From: Macrostomum lignano
Taxonomy: Eukaryota
Direction: 5' to 3'
Assembly: GCA_002269645.1 (NCBI GenBank)
Contig: NIVC01002341.1
Location: forward strand, 1 to 64,000
DNA length: 64,000 bases
Shown: positions 25,780 to 38,290 of the stretch, one piece after another
Layout: every line of letters starts with the position of its first letter
How positions within the stretch are numbered: position 1 is the first letter of the stretch
Notes under the pieces: model-generated
The model's database searches: none
Told to the model about the DNA's origin: nothing
Seen by the model: only the letters and a program-made list of their open reading frames with translations
Translations under genes and position numbers: made by a program

Positions 25780-27763
25780 ATGGATTTCAACTCGACTGAA
25801 AGAGACAATCAGTCAGCTAACAGCTCAGTGATTGGAGAGTTCCCCAGTTACATGCTAACTCTGATGGGCTCACTGCACTACTTAAACTTGTCCACGATGA
25901 TTGCCGGCGTGGCAACTAATACAGTGAACTTTTTGGTCTTCTTCTGTCAGCCGGTCCGACGGCACTACTTGTCGTTGAGTCTCAGAGTGCTGTCTCTGAG
26001 CAGTCTATGCCTACTGCTGCTCACCCTGGCTCTGAACAACAGCAGCATTCAAAACTACTCCGAGGGCGCTTGCGTGGCAGTTCACTACGCGCTGAGCCTG
26101 GCTACAACGCTTGGGCCTTGGACGCTGGTGTCAATCACCGTCGACAGGCTGATGTTCCTCATCAATCCTGGCGTTGCTGGTGCCGCTGCAGCCGACGTCG
26201 CCATGGGTCGGCAATCTGGACGTCGGGCAAATCTCGCCCTCCTGGCTGTATTGTTGGCCTGCGCTCTCTGGAGCCTGCACACTCTGTGGCTGGTCAGCTT
26301 CGGCCTGAATGTGCTCGGTAATGGAGACGAGACTCTGGTCTGCGTCTCCCAGAGCAGCAATCGCGCTCTCATAGTGGCTGACAGTGTGTTGGCCTCGTTT
26401 CTGCCCGGCTTTCTGCTCACCCTGCTAAATGTCATCATTCTGTGCCGGATCAACAGCCTGGTGAACACCGTGTGCCGCGGCAACGAACGAACCGGTGACG
26501 GATCGCTCGTAGAGGTGAAGACTCCTTGGGGAATATTGTTTTTGAGGGACCAAGTGCATGGGAGTTTGACCTCATGATGGATTAGGTCTCACTGGTTACT
26601 GGCTACAAATTTAGGATTTAATCAGCAGAAGATGTGGGAAAAGAATTTATTGATAGAAGGCAATCAGTGTTACACAACCGAGCTGATACATTTTTTATAC
26701 AATGTACTACAATTTACATGCATCTTGAAATTCCTTAACTTCTAAAATCTAGATGTGTGCATTACCTGATGATAGTATAATTGATTACACCTGAGCCCCA
26801 ATTGGGCCAGATATGCAACCGACAGCTCAGCCGCAGCTATTTGCGTTCAGTCTGTTCAGTCCAAGGACTGGGGGGGGGGGTCGCTACACACACCCTCAGT
26901 TACCTCAGCTAATGCTGGCACCCATTTTACAGTTGGGTGAACTGAAGCAATGCAGAGTTCAGTGTCTTTATCAAAGACACAAATTGTTGGTCATGATGCA
27001 AAGTCAGAAAAGGTGTACTGGCGCACCTGCTCTGCCATCATGAAAATTATCATGCCAATTTTCTACTCCAACACTTCAGGAATCAAACAGCCAACAAACC
27101 CTTCCGCTCTTCCAGCTGGAGCAGCTGAACTCCGGTGCAGGTGGCGGGACCAGCGGTGGCACCAGCGAATCGCTCGCGCCAGCACCTCGCTACCCAGTCC
27201 GATTTTGCACAGGCCGCCGAAGCGAGACCACAAATTGTCCGATCGCCGACCGCGCAACTGCTACTAGGAGACGACTTTGCTGCGGAGACGGCGCCTGTTG
27301 CTGCTGCGGTTGCCAGGCCAACCAACCACGAAGTCTCCAACAAACGCATCAACAACAGCGTCGGCAGCTTTCGCCTGGACACAGCCGCTCCTGTTCGGCC
27401 ATGGTTCCCGCTGCTCGAGCGCATTTAATGCCGCCGCAACCACAGCAACAGGGCCAGTACCAGCAGACTGAGCTGTTCAAGCACCAGTGCCAGTTAACCA
27501 AAATGCTCCTGGGCTATTGTATCGCCTATGTTGCCTTCAATTTCCCAAACTACCTGCTGGTTCTGTACGGTTTCGCGTCGTTCTCTCGGATTGAGTGGCA
27601 GTCGCAGTTTACCTATTTTGTTTTTAACGCAACGAGAGCTGGCGCCCTGTGGTTCTACTATTTGCACTTCGCCACTAACAGTCTGATCTACGCTTACGCT
27701 TACCGGCATTACAGGCGCGCGTTTATTAACCTGTGCAAGCGGTTCATCTTCTGCCGCAGATAA
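25780..27763 (+). CDS. Class A (rhodopsin-like) GPCR, neuropeptide-receptor-like, paralog 1, ~472 aa, 2 exons (25780-~26514, 27080-27763)
   Basis: TM1-5 lie in ORF 25780 (TNTVNFLVF, SITVDRL, SFLPGFLL). TM6-7 lie in ORF 27401 (CIAYVAFNFPN, HFATNSLIYAY). The frame from acceptor 27080 is open into ORF 27401. Phase-0 donors are possible at 26509 or 26515. Confidence 0.88.
26780..26990 (-). mobile_element. CORE-SINE copy 4 (5'-truncated) in GPCR1 intron
   Basis: Same body and tail as copy 2, in reverse orientation. Confidence 0.85.
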
Positions 27764-29184
27764 TGACGCGTTATGGTCGCAAACAACAACTCGAGTAGAA
27801 TTGGACTTGCACCCGTATACCCATTTTTGCTGTAATATAAGTGAGATAGATAGGAATTTTTCAAGTACTTCTGCTCATACTGACTACTCGCAATCAGCGC
27901 CCCCGTCCATGATCAAAGACACGATCTGGAACTTGGGCAGTGAATGGTATAAAAAGGCCATCGTTCATAACGTTGACCTCGACAAAAATACTGGAATAGA
28001 CCACAAAAAAACTATTATAGCACCTAAATCAACGACCTTAAGACCTTGCTGTAGGTTATTGTCCTTTCAGCTAGCCATCATTGCTTTAAGAATATGTATT
28101 GTTTATCTCTAATATATCGGCACACCAAATATTTTTAATTTCATTTGCACTGTACATGTTTTTAAATCAGTAGACAGTATCTAATTATATTATTTGTTTT
28201 AGTATTAAATGTTTTAAATAGTATTTTTAGCTACTCTCCTCGATTCCCTCATCTCCTTCTTTGTATTTTTGTTTCTTCAATAATAAGATTTATTTAAAAG
28301 CTCGACATTGTGAATTCATAAATATCGCATTATGATTGTTTGAAATCCTGTACTCGTAGGTGGACCTCGAAATTAAAATAGAGAATGAACTCATCAAATT
28401 AATGAATGAAAAAGCAGATCTTCATGACAAGTATTGAAAGTAAGAACGATAATTTTAATGTAGGAACGAGAATAAAATTTGTTAAAATTTAATAGAAAAT
28501 CTGTGTATGGAACCCACAATTTTAAACAAACTTTTTAATCGTAGCTATTCTGATTTTGTTGGTAAATATCTTCGAAATACAACTTGATTGAAACGGAGAA
28601 GTTTGACTTTGACAATTGCTGTTTGACTCAAAAACGCAGTTTTTTAAGGCTTGAAGAGAAACGCAAAAACGTGTTTTTAAATAGCTATCTCTCTATCTAT
28701 TGAAGTACAAAAAGAACTCGTAAAAAGTTGACTTGCCCCTGAAGGTCGGTTGACTCGCGTGTTTAAGCTTGTTTCACTTGGTGAATTATGATGACATTTA
28801 GTGTTAGAGCAGCACCACACTAGCTACTGCAAACAAGTAGCTAATAAAGGATGATTAAAATTTATTTATCAGTTGGTACAACTTTCGAAAAACAAACTCT
28901 TGGCTCTGATAAAATCCAGTCTGTACTAAGAACTCGTTTTAAAAAATCCCTTAACTGAGAAAAAATCCCCCCAAAACGAAAATACTATACAAATAATATA
29001 AAATCTAAAATTTGAGAGCCTCACTGAAAATAATTTTCTCACTTTCGAGAGTCTCATCCTCCCTGAGACTCGCTCATCTTGAAAGAATCTCTCTTAAAAA
29101 AACTTAAATTCTAAAAACATTCACCATTGTCAAGTGTCACTCAGATGAATATCATTTATTAAAAGTTCTTACCTAAGAAATTCA

Positions 29185-31365
29185 CCCTGGTGAATCTCCA
29201 CCCTGGTCTGAAAAATCTCATCCTAGAGAATCTCACCCTGAAGAATATTAGCCATGACAAAAAACTCACACTGTAAAATTTCACTGTGGAGAATCTCACT
29301 CAGGAGAATCTCACCCTGAAGAATCTCACCATGGAGAATCTCCTCACCCTGGATAATCTCACCATTGAGAATCTCACCATGGAGAAATCTCACCCTGGAT
29401 AATCTCACCCTGGATAATCTCACCCTGGATAATATCACCTTGGATAATCTTACCCTGGATAATCTCACCCTGGGTAATCTCACCCTGGATAATCTTACCC
29501 TGGATAATCTCATCCTGGGTAATCTCACCCTGGATAATCTCACCCTGGATAATATCACCCTAGATAATATCACCCTGGATAATCTCATCCTAGAGAATCT
29601 CACCCTGAAGAATATTAGCCATGACAAAAAACTCACACTGTAAAATTTCACTGTGGAGAATCTCACTCAGGAGAATCTCACCCTGAAGAATCTCACCATG
29701 GAGAATCTCCTCACCCTGGATAATCTCACCATTGAGAATCTCACCATAGAGAAATCTCACCCTGGATAATATCACCTTGGATAATCTTACCCTGGATAAT
29801 CTCACCCTGGGTAATCTCACCCTGGATAATCTCACCCTGGATAATCTCACCCTGGATAATCTCACCCTGGATAATCTCACCCTGGATAATCTCACCCTGG
29901 ATAATCTCACCCTGGATAATCTCATCCTGGGTTATCTCACCCTGGATAATCTCACCCTGGATAATCTCACCCTGGATAATCTCACCCTATATAATCTCAC
30001 CCTGGATAATCTCACCCTGGATAATCTCACCCTGGATAATCTCACCCTATATAATATCACCCTGGATAATCTCACCCTGGATAATCTCACCCTGGATAAT
30101 CTCACCCGATATAATCTCACCCTGGATAATCTCACCCTGGATAATCTCACCCTGGATAATCTCACCCTATATAATATCACCCTGGATAATCTCACCCTGG
30201 ATAATCTCACCCTGGATAATCTCACCCTGGGTAATCTCACCCTGGATAATCTCAGCCTGGATAATCTCACCCTGGATAATCTCACCCTGGATAATCTCAC
30301 CCTGGATAATCTCACCCTGAAGAATATTAGCCATGACAAAAAACTCACACTGTAAAATTTCACTGTGGAGAATCTCACTCAGGAGAATCTCACCCTGAAG
30401 AATCTCACCATGGAGAATCTCCTCACCCTGGATAATCTCACCATTGAGAATCTCACCATGGAGAAATCTCACCCTGGATAATCTCACCCTGGATAATCTC
30501 ACCCTGGATAATCTCATCCTGGGTTATCTCACCCTGGATAATCTCACCCTGGATAATCTCACCCTGGATAATCTCACCCTATATAATCTCACCCTGGATA
30601 ATCTCACCCTGGATAATCTCACCCTGGATAATCTCACCCTATATAATATCACCCTGGATAATCTCACCCTGGATAATCTCACCCTGGATAATCTCACCCT
30701 ATATAATCTCACCCTGGATAATCTCACCCTGGATAATCTCACCCTGGATAATCTCACCCTATATAATATCACCCTGGATAATCTCACCCTGGATAATCTC
30801 ACCCTGGGTAATCTCACCCTGGATAATCTCACCCTGGATAAACTCACCCTGGGTAATCTCACCCTGGATAATCTCACCCTGGATAATCTCACCCTGGATA
30901 ATATCACCCTGGGTATCTCACCCTGGATAATCTCACCCTGGATAATCTTACCCTGGATAATCTCACCCTGGATAATCTCACCCTGGATAATCTCACCCTG
31001 GATAATCTTACCCTGGATAATCTCACCCTGGATAATCTCACCCTGGATAATATCACCCTGGATAATCTCACCCTGGATAATATCACCCTGGGTATCTCAC
31101 CCTGGATAATCTCACCCTGGATAATCTCACCCTGGATAATCTTACCCTGGATAATCTCACCCTGGATAATCTCACCCTGGATAATATCACCCTGGATAAT
31201 CTCACCCTGGATAATCTCACATTGGAGAATGTCACCATGCAGAATTTCATTCTGGAGATTTTCACTCAGGAGAATCTCACACTGGAGAATCTCAGCCTGG
31301 AGAGACTCAACCTGGAGAGTCTCACTCTGGATAATCTCACCTTGAATATCCCACCCTGGGCTGTC
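29185..31365. repeat. 15-bp minisatellite (GATAATCTCACCCTG)n, ~2.2 kb, with higher-order block repeated three times
   Basis: 15-bp periodicity. The block GAAGAATATTAGCCATGACAAAAAACTCACACTGTAAAATTTCACTGTGG recurs at ~29240, ~29608 and ~30320. Confidence 0.96.
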
Positions 31366-31724
31366 TCATCCTGTACGCTTGTAGAATATTGAACGAATAT
31401 ATTTCATAGTTTTTTAGCTATCACCAGGGCTAGAAAAAACCTTGTTGGGGTTAGATTTTGAATTCTAATTAATTTGGGACATGTTTTCTAGGTGGGATTA
31501 GGCTGAGAGTCTGTAGAGCGTGGCATGAATACAAATTGTCACAGGACTGTGATTGCACCGTCACGTTCCCCAAGCCAACCCACCAATGACGTGAATGCCA
31601 ATTGATGCATCTGAAAAATCCAGCCTAAATAACTTTAGCTTTAGCGTAACGGAGTCTTGTTAGACTTCGGCACTCTTGGTGGGAATAAGTGTTTCTTGGA
31701 CTTAATTGTATAATTGTATAGAGG

Positions 31725-31935
31725 GGGGACAGAGGATATAGAGGGGGAGAGACAGAGGGTATAGAGGGGTAGAGACAGAGGGTATAGAGGGGGAGAGACA
31801 GAGGGTATAGAGGGGTAGAGACAGAGGGTATAGAGGGGGAGAGACAGAGGGTAAAGAGGGGGAGAGACAGAGGGTATAGAGGGGAAGAGACGGAGGGTAT
31901 AAGAGTTGGAGAGACAGAGGGTATATGTATAAGAG
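31725..31935. repeat. ~23-bp purine-rich minisatellite (GACAGAGGGTATAGAGGGGGAGA)n, ~9 copies
   Basis: Direct periodicity. Confidence 0.9.
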
Positions 31936-33207
31936 GGTGAGAGTCAGTTTTACTATTACTAAAAATTAATTTTTATGGAGCCCATTAGTCCTACTGCCGC
32001 TCAAAGGCCAACTTTGTGACTACAAAGTCTTGTTAAAATGAGAAAGCATTTCCGTTCATGTGAAGCATTTCTTTCAACCGAAACACGCGCATACACAATT
32101 TAGCCCACAATTGTTTTTCATGATTGGAAATGCATTAATCATTTGAATTAAAAAAAGATCCACGGGGTGCGGAGAACCAGGAAAAAATACAATTAATCAA
32201 AAACTTCTCAGAACATTTATTGTACGGTAGAATTTGTAAACTTGCTCATTCTCCCCATTCTCAAGCTTGCCTGTAGTTAGTACAGTTTTTCTTTTACAAT
32301 TGAAGTTAGCTACCGGGCAGCTGAAAATTCATTTACAATGCATTGGCTGTTGGAGTATGCACACACACTGTAGCTGGGTATGGCCAGTCAATTTGTATAA
32401 GCTGATATTTTAGTGGGCTGAAAACCCCTTGCACAAGGGTCGTGAAAAGCTATAGTGGTAGCTAAGGCTCACGAATGCTACTTGAGAGGGAATTGTCATT
32501 TGATTCTGAACCTCAAACAACATCAAACCGCTCCGCTCTCTATCTGTCATTCTCTTTCGGAACTTCTGAGAACATATGGAGCTGATCCTTCCTCTGAATA
32601 CTCAGCCTCAAACTTTATAGCGGGCACTGGACTCATCCACACGCTCGCCTTGATCTCTTAAATATAATTTGGGAGCATATACGAGCCATCTTGCATACTG
32701 TAGAGTATGTTCGCATAAGATCAATGGTTGAGACACAAATAATCTTTATCAATGTTTTCATTGCATCTCAGACCATCTGGTATTAATTCTGGGCAGTATA
32801 TTCTTTCTGTCGACCAACTGACTCCATCGGACGCCTTAGATTAGGCGCAAAGATAAGCCCCGAAACCTATATCCCATACTTGTGTAATAGATAGATTCCA
32901 GGGAACCAGGGCCGGGACTATGAAGACGGGTAAGCAAGCCACTGGTAGACCCGCCTCTCCTCCCAGTTCCAGTCAGACCAATGACAGAAGCTTTCCTAGA
33001 AATTTATTGCCCGCTTGAAATTCAGTCCAAATGTACAGTGCATTTAAAGAAGTCAGGAGAGGAATGGTGTGCATTTTTGCATGCGTGTGATATTTGCTTA
33101 TATATACATAGCTAGTCGCTATATTCTGCTAAAAAACTAATTCTATCGTCTTTCAGACGAGGAAGAGACAAGTCAAACAGAAAAGCAATATTAACTATTG
33201 GCCAATC

Positions 33208-34416
33208 ATGCACTATAATGTCGCATCGATAAACTACACTACCATTTTCCCGAACGTGTCTCTAGAAGAAGAGTATGCTTCATCGAATAGTGAATTCTTG
33301 TATCTCAACACTCGCTGGCTAAAGCACGCTACCATGGCTGCGGCTCTGCTCGGCATGGCAACCAACTTGGTGAATTTCTTCGTATTCTGGTGCGAACCGG
33401 TCCGCAGGCACTACCTGTCTGTTGGCCTGCGTCTGCTGTCAGCTAATGATTTCTTCCTGCTGTTGTTCTACTTCGCTTTGAGCTACACCAACTTGCACGA
33501 CTGGAGTCACTACACCTGTTTTATAACCAACTACCTGTACGGATTGGTATCGATGCTCAGTCCTTGGCTGCTGGTTGTCATTACCATTGACCGCCTGTTG
33601 TTTCTCAGAGCTCCCAGCGGCTTGTCCGGCTGTCGAAAGAACGCCCACCGAGTCTGTTTGCTGATCAAACTCGCCGTCGCAGCATCGATCTCCTGGAATT
33701 TGCACTGCCGTTGGACAGTACATTACAGTCAGTACATTGGCTACAACGATACGCTGATGTGTGTGGCTACTGGTATGGCTCACGCTAGGGCGTTTCAACT
33801 TGCCGACGCTATGATTGTGTCCTTTGTACCTGGACTCATTCTGCTACTGCTCAACTGCCTGATCCTGTGCCGGGTCAGGCGCCTCGTTAGAAGCATTGTA
33901 CGCGGCGGTTCCTTGTCGAGTCAGGCCTGCAGCAGCGGCGGTGTCAGGAGCAACTGTCCAGCCGCTATGGAGCTGATGGTGACAACGCCCACCACTGCTG
34001 GCAGCAGCAGCGATGGAAACCGCCGCGTTAATCGGCCAGCGGAGTTGGCAGCCGATGGCATCCAGCAGTACGGGCCAGAGCTGCGCAAGCACCAGTGCCA
34101 AATCACTCGAATGCTGATGGGTTTCTGCTTCGCTTATTTAGCTTTTAATCTGCCCAACTACTTGGCACTCAGCCTGGGCCAAGTGGCATTTGCAACTCTG
34201 AGTGAAGATATGCAGCACATCTACGCTTACTACAATGTAATGCGACTGGCTGCCCAGCTGCTCTACATCCTGCACTTCAGCACCAACAGCCTCATCTATG
34301 CTTACGCTAACAAGCTGTTTCGCCAAGCGCTTTTCAATTTCAGTTCCTCAGTTTCCGATTTCCTGTTCTGTAAGAAATGCCTGCCGAATAGCGAGGACAG
34401 TCAGAGAACCTTTTAG
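33208..34416 (+). CDS. Class A GPCR, neuropeptide-receptor-like, paralog 2, single coding exon, 402 aa
   Basis: Seven hydrophobic segments with ATNLVNFFVF, ITIDRL, SFVPGLIL, CFAYLAFNLPN and HFSTNSLIYAY. Clearly homologous to GPCR1. A 5'UTR acceptor TTTCAG| lies near 33157. Confidence 0.93.
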   Translation: MHYNVASINYTTIFPNVSLEEEYASSNSEFLYLNTRWLKHATMAAALLGMATNLVNFFVFWCEPVRRHYLSVGLRLLSANDFFLLLFYFALSYTNLHDWSHYTCFITNYLYGLVSMLSPWLLVVITIDRLLFLRAPSGLSGCRKNAHRVCLLIKLAVAASISWNLHCRWTVHYSQYIGYNDTLMCVATGMAHARAFQLADAMIVSFVPGLILLLLNCLILCRVRRLVRSIVRGGSLSSQACSSGGVRSNCPAAMELMVTTPTTAGSSSDGNRRVNRPAELAADGIQQYGPELRKHQCQITRMLMGFCFAYLAFNLPNYLALSLGQVAFATLSEDMQHIYAYYNVMRLAAQLLYILHFSTNSLIYAYANKLFRQALFNFSSSVSDFLFCKKCLPNSEDSQRTF

Positions 34417-35380
34417 ACCATGAAAGTGGAAGAGCGCAGACTATGAAAATCTCAGTAGCTAAACTGCTACAATTTGAAATTCGAGTTGTAAACAAATCTG
34501 GGAACAGATTTTCGGACATCAGAGGACTTAAATTTTTTTGAATATTTGCTTATATAAAACTTTGCTGGTTAAACATTTCCTCATCGCGTGTCCTGTCAAG
34601 CTCTTGATGGTCTGCTGAATTCCTTTTATTTAGTGAAAATGGCAAACCATCATCTGTATAGCGATCTTAATTGTTCAAACTTGAAACAGAATTTTTGTTG
34701 TAACTTTTTTCAATTTCTAAGCATCCATATAAGTGCATATGTACTGAATTTTTCTTCTGTTCAAAGGAATCCCAGTATCAATTTTAATAAGCTCTATATT
34801 GTATTCTGTATTAACAATTTTACTTGATAACTTTGCTACGAGTATATGGTATTTATCAGGCGTTACTTATTTTTACTTTCTCAAACAGTCTTGTCCCAAA
34901 GATACGTTTGTTATATATGAGTGCGTGAGAGGTCAAGTCTTCAATCAGTCACTGGTGTGTATGACAAGTCTGATTGAATTTCTGTGCATAAAGTTCATAC
35001 AAGTATGCCAAGCCAAGTTGCAAGAGTAAGGGCCCACGGTTCAATAAATGAATGCAAGAGAGAAGAGTAGCCAGTTATTTGTTTCGTTTTGCTTCACCGA
35101 TCTTTTAGACTAAATTGATGAGAAAATCAAGGCTAGAAACTTTTTCGAGACAGAATATCCAATTTAATTAACGAGGTCAGTAGCAAAGACTGACGGTGCT
35201 ACCAATACATGTATTGATTCCAAATTTTGACAGGTTCATAAATTTTGTCTAATGTTTTCTTTCAAAGTGTTCACTTGATCGTCTCTCTGTAAATGGATTT
35301 CGCTGGACACTTTAAATCTCAAAATCCCAACATCATCAATAATACAGCGCAACTTGGTGTTTATCCCAACGTCTCTTTCA

Positions 35381-36560
35381 GATGATCCAGGCACTTTACC
35401 GTCTGTTCCAGATGATCCAAGCCCTATACCGTCTAATTTCAATGATCCAGGCACCTTACCGTCTATAACAAATGATCCAGGATTTTTACCGTCTATTCCA
35501 AATGATCCAGGCACTTTACCGTCTATTTCAAATGATCCAGGATTTTTACCGTCTATTCCAAATGATCCAGGATGTTTACCGTCTATTCCAAATGATCCAG
35601 GCACTTTACCGTCTATTCCAAATGATCCAGGCACTTTACCGTCTATTCCAAAAGATCCAGGATTTTTACCGTCTATTCCAAATGATCCAGGATGTTTACC
35701 GTCTATTCCAAATGATCCAGGCACTTTACTGTCTATTCCTAAATAATCCAGGATGTTTACCGTCTATTCCAAATGATCCAGGCACTTTACCGTCTATTCC
35801 AAAAGATCCAGGCACTTTACCGCGTCTATCCCAAATGATCCAGGATGTTTACCGTCTATTCCAAAAGATCCAGGCACTTTACCGTCTATTCCAAATGATC
35901 CAGGCACTTTACCGTCTATTCCAAATGATCCAGGCCCTTTACCGTCTATTCCAAAAGATCCAGGCACTTTACCATCTATTTCAAATGATCCAGGCACTTT
36001 ACCGTCTATTTCAAATGATCCAGGATTTTTACCGTCTATTCCAAATGATCCAGGATGTTTACCGTCTATTCCAAATGATCCAGGCACTTTACCGCCTATT
36101 CCCAATGATCCAGGATGTTTAACGTCTATTCCAAATGATCCAGGCACTTTACCGTCTATTCCAAATGATCCAGGCACTTTACCGTACCGTCTATTCCAAA
36201 TGATCCAGGCACTTTACCGTACCGTCTATTCCAAATTATCCAGGCACTTTACCGTCTATCCCAAATGATCCTGGATGTTTACCGTATATTCCAAATGATC
36301 CAGGTACTTTAGCGTATATTCCAAATGATCCAGGCACTTTACCATCTATTTCAAATGATCCAGGCACTTTACCGTCTATTTCAAATGATCCAGGATTTTT
36401 ACCGTCTATTCCAAATGATCCAGGATGTTTACCGTCTATTCCAAATGATCCAGGATGTTTACCGCCTATTCCAAATGATCCAGGCACTTTACCGTCTATT
36501 CCAAAAGATCCAGGCACTTTACCGCGTCTATCCCAAATCATCCTGGCGCCCTCCTGTCTT
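35381..36560. repeat. 30-bp minisatellite (AATGATCCAGGCACTTTACCGTCTATTCCA)n, ~39 copies
   Basis: 30-bp periodicity with GGCACT/GGATTT/GGATGT variants. Confidence 0.96.
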
Positions 36561-37276
36561 GAATGAACCAGACATTTGGTTATTCATAAAAAATCCATGT
36601 ACTTTTTTCTTCACCCGTTTACTGTGATTCCAGTTCCTATATACCTACCCTGTATCAACCATGGAACACTGTCTTACCCTGATTATAATTAATCGCAATA
36701 TATACGTATAACATACACATAGCAGAGCAGCAGCTCTCTGAATTCCTCATTAAGAATTCCTGCCTTCACTGTTCCCCAAACTACAGCAACGCCTGACAAC
36801 TTGGCAGTCTGATGAACGATTGGGAAGGCAAGCCCGTATGAAATCTATTCTTTGCCCAGAGTCAGGAGATAAAGTAACGTGAATGTGTTTTTATCTAGAT
36901 CCTTTACTTACAAACCCTATAGTTCTCCCATCAACCGATCACTTGGAAAAATTCTCTACCCTTGACATTCCACCCCTCTGATACATGTACAACTGTATTT
37001 AGTCATAGCATCACTATACAGAATGCAAATCAGAATGGCTTGCAGATGCGTTCATTCCAAACGGTAGCCAATACGCGTTTTAGAGGAAAGTATACGATGT
37101 CCTCCCATTCCAGTGTTAAGTACACTCAAATCTGTGGCGTACGCAGACGGGGACCAGAGGTCGACCCGAATCGCTCCCATAAAACTGCGTTCCTTGACAA
37201 ACTACAGCTCGACGAACGACAGTAGCTCAACTTTTGCTAATCTCTTAGAACGTGGCATCCACCAGCCGGAGAAGTA

Positions 37277-38290
37277 GACACGGGCGCCCACCAAGAGACA
37301 GAGGCGCCCACCAAGAGACAGAGACGCCCACCAAGAGACAGAGGCGCCCACCAAGAGACAGAGGCGCCCACCAAGAGACAGGGACGCCCATCAAGAGACA
37401 GAGGCGCCCACCAAGAGACAGGGGCGCCCACCAAGAGACAGGGGCGCGCACCCAGAGACAGGGACGCCCATCAAGAGACAGAGGCGCCCACCAAGAGACA
37501 GAGGCGCCCACCAAGAGACAGGGACGCCCATCAAGAGACAGAGGCGCCCACCAAGAGACAGGGACGCCCACCAAGAGACAGGGACGCCCATCAAGAGACA
37601 GAGGCGCCCACCAAGAGACAGAGGCGCCCACCAAGAGACAGGGACGCCCATCAAGAGACAGAGGCGCCCACCAAGAGACAGGGGCGCCCACCAAGAGACA
37701 GGGGCGCCCACCAAGAGACAGGGGCGCGCACCCAGAGACAGGGGCGCCCACCAAAACACAGGGGCGCCCACCAAGACACAGGGGCGCCCACCAAGACACA
37801 GGGGCGCCCACCCAGAGACAGGGGCGCCCACCAAGACACAGGGGCGCCCACCAAGAGACAGAGGCGCCCACCAAGAGACACGGGTGCCCACCCAGAGACA
37901 GGGGCGCCCACCAAGAGACAGGGGCGCCCACCAAGAGACAGGGGCGCGCACCCAGAGACAGGGGCGCCCACCAAGACACAGGGGCGCCCACCAAGACACA
38001 GGGGCGCCCACCAAGACACAGGGGCGCCCACCAAGACACAGGGGCGCCCACCCAGAGACAGGGGCGCCCACCAAGACACAGGGGCGCCCACCAAGAGACA
38101 GAGGCGCCCACCAAGAGACACGGGTGCCCACCCAGAGACAGGGGCGCTCACCAAGAGACAGGGGCGCCCACCAAGAGACAGAGGCGCCCACCAAGAGACA
38201 CGGGTGCCCACCTAGAGACAGGGCGCCCAACAAGAGACACGGGCCCCCACCAAGAGACAGGAGCACCTACAAAGAGACATGGGCGCCCAC
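37277..38290. repeat. 20-bp GC-rich minisatellite (GAGGCGCCCACCAAGAGACA)n, ~50 copies
   Basis: Three units per 60-nt line. Confidence 0.97.

Noticed and set aside
29365-31265. (LDNLT)n ORFs as leucine-rich or pentapeptide repeat proteins
   Set aside because: Frames are repeatedly broken, both strands are equally open, and they simply reflect a 15-bp satellite.
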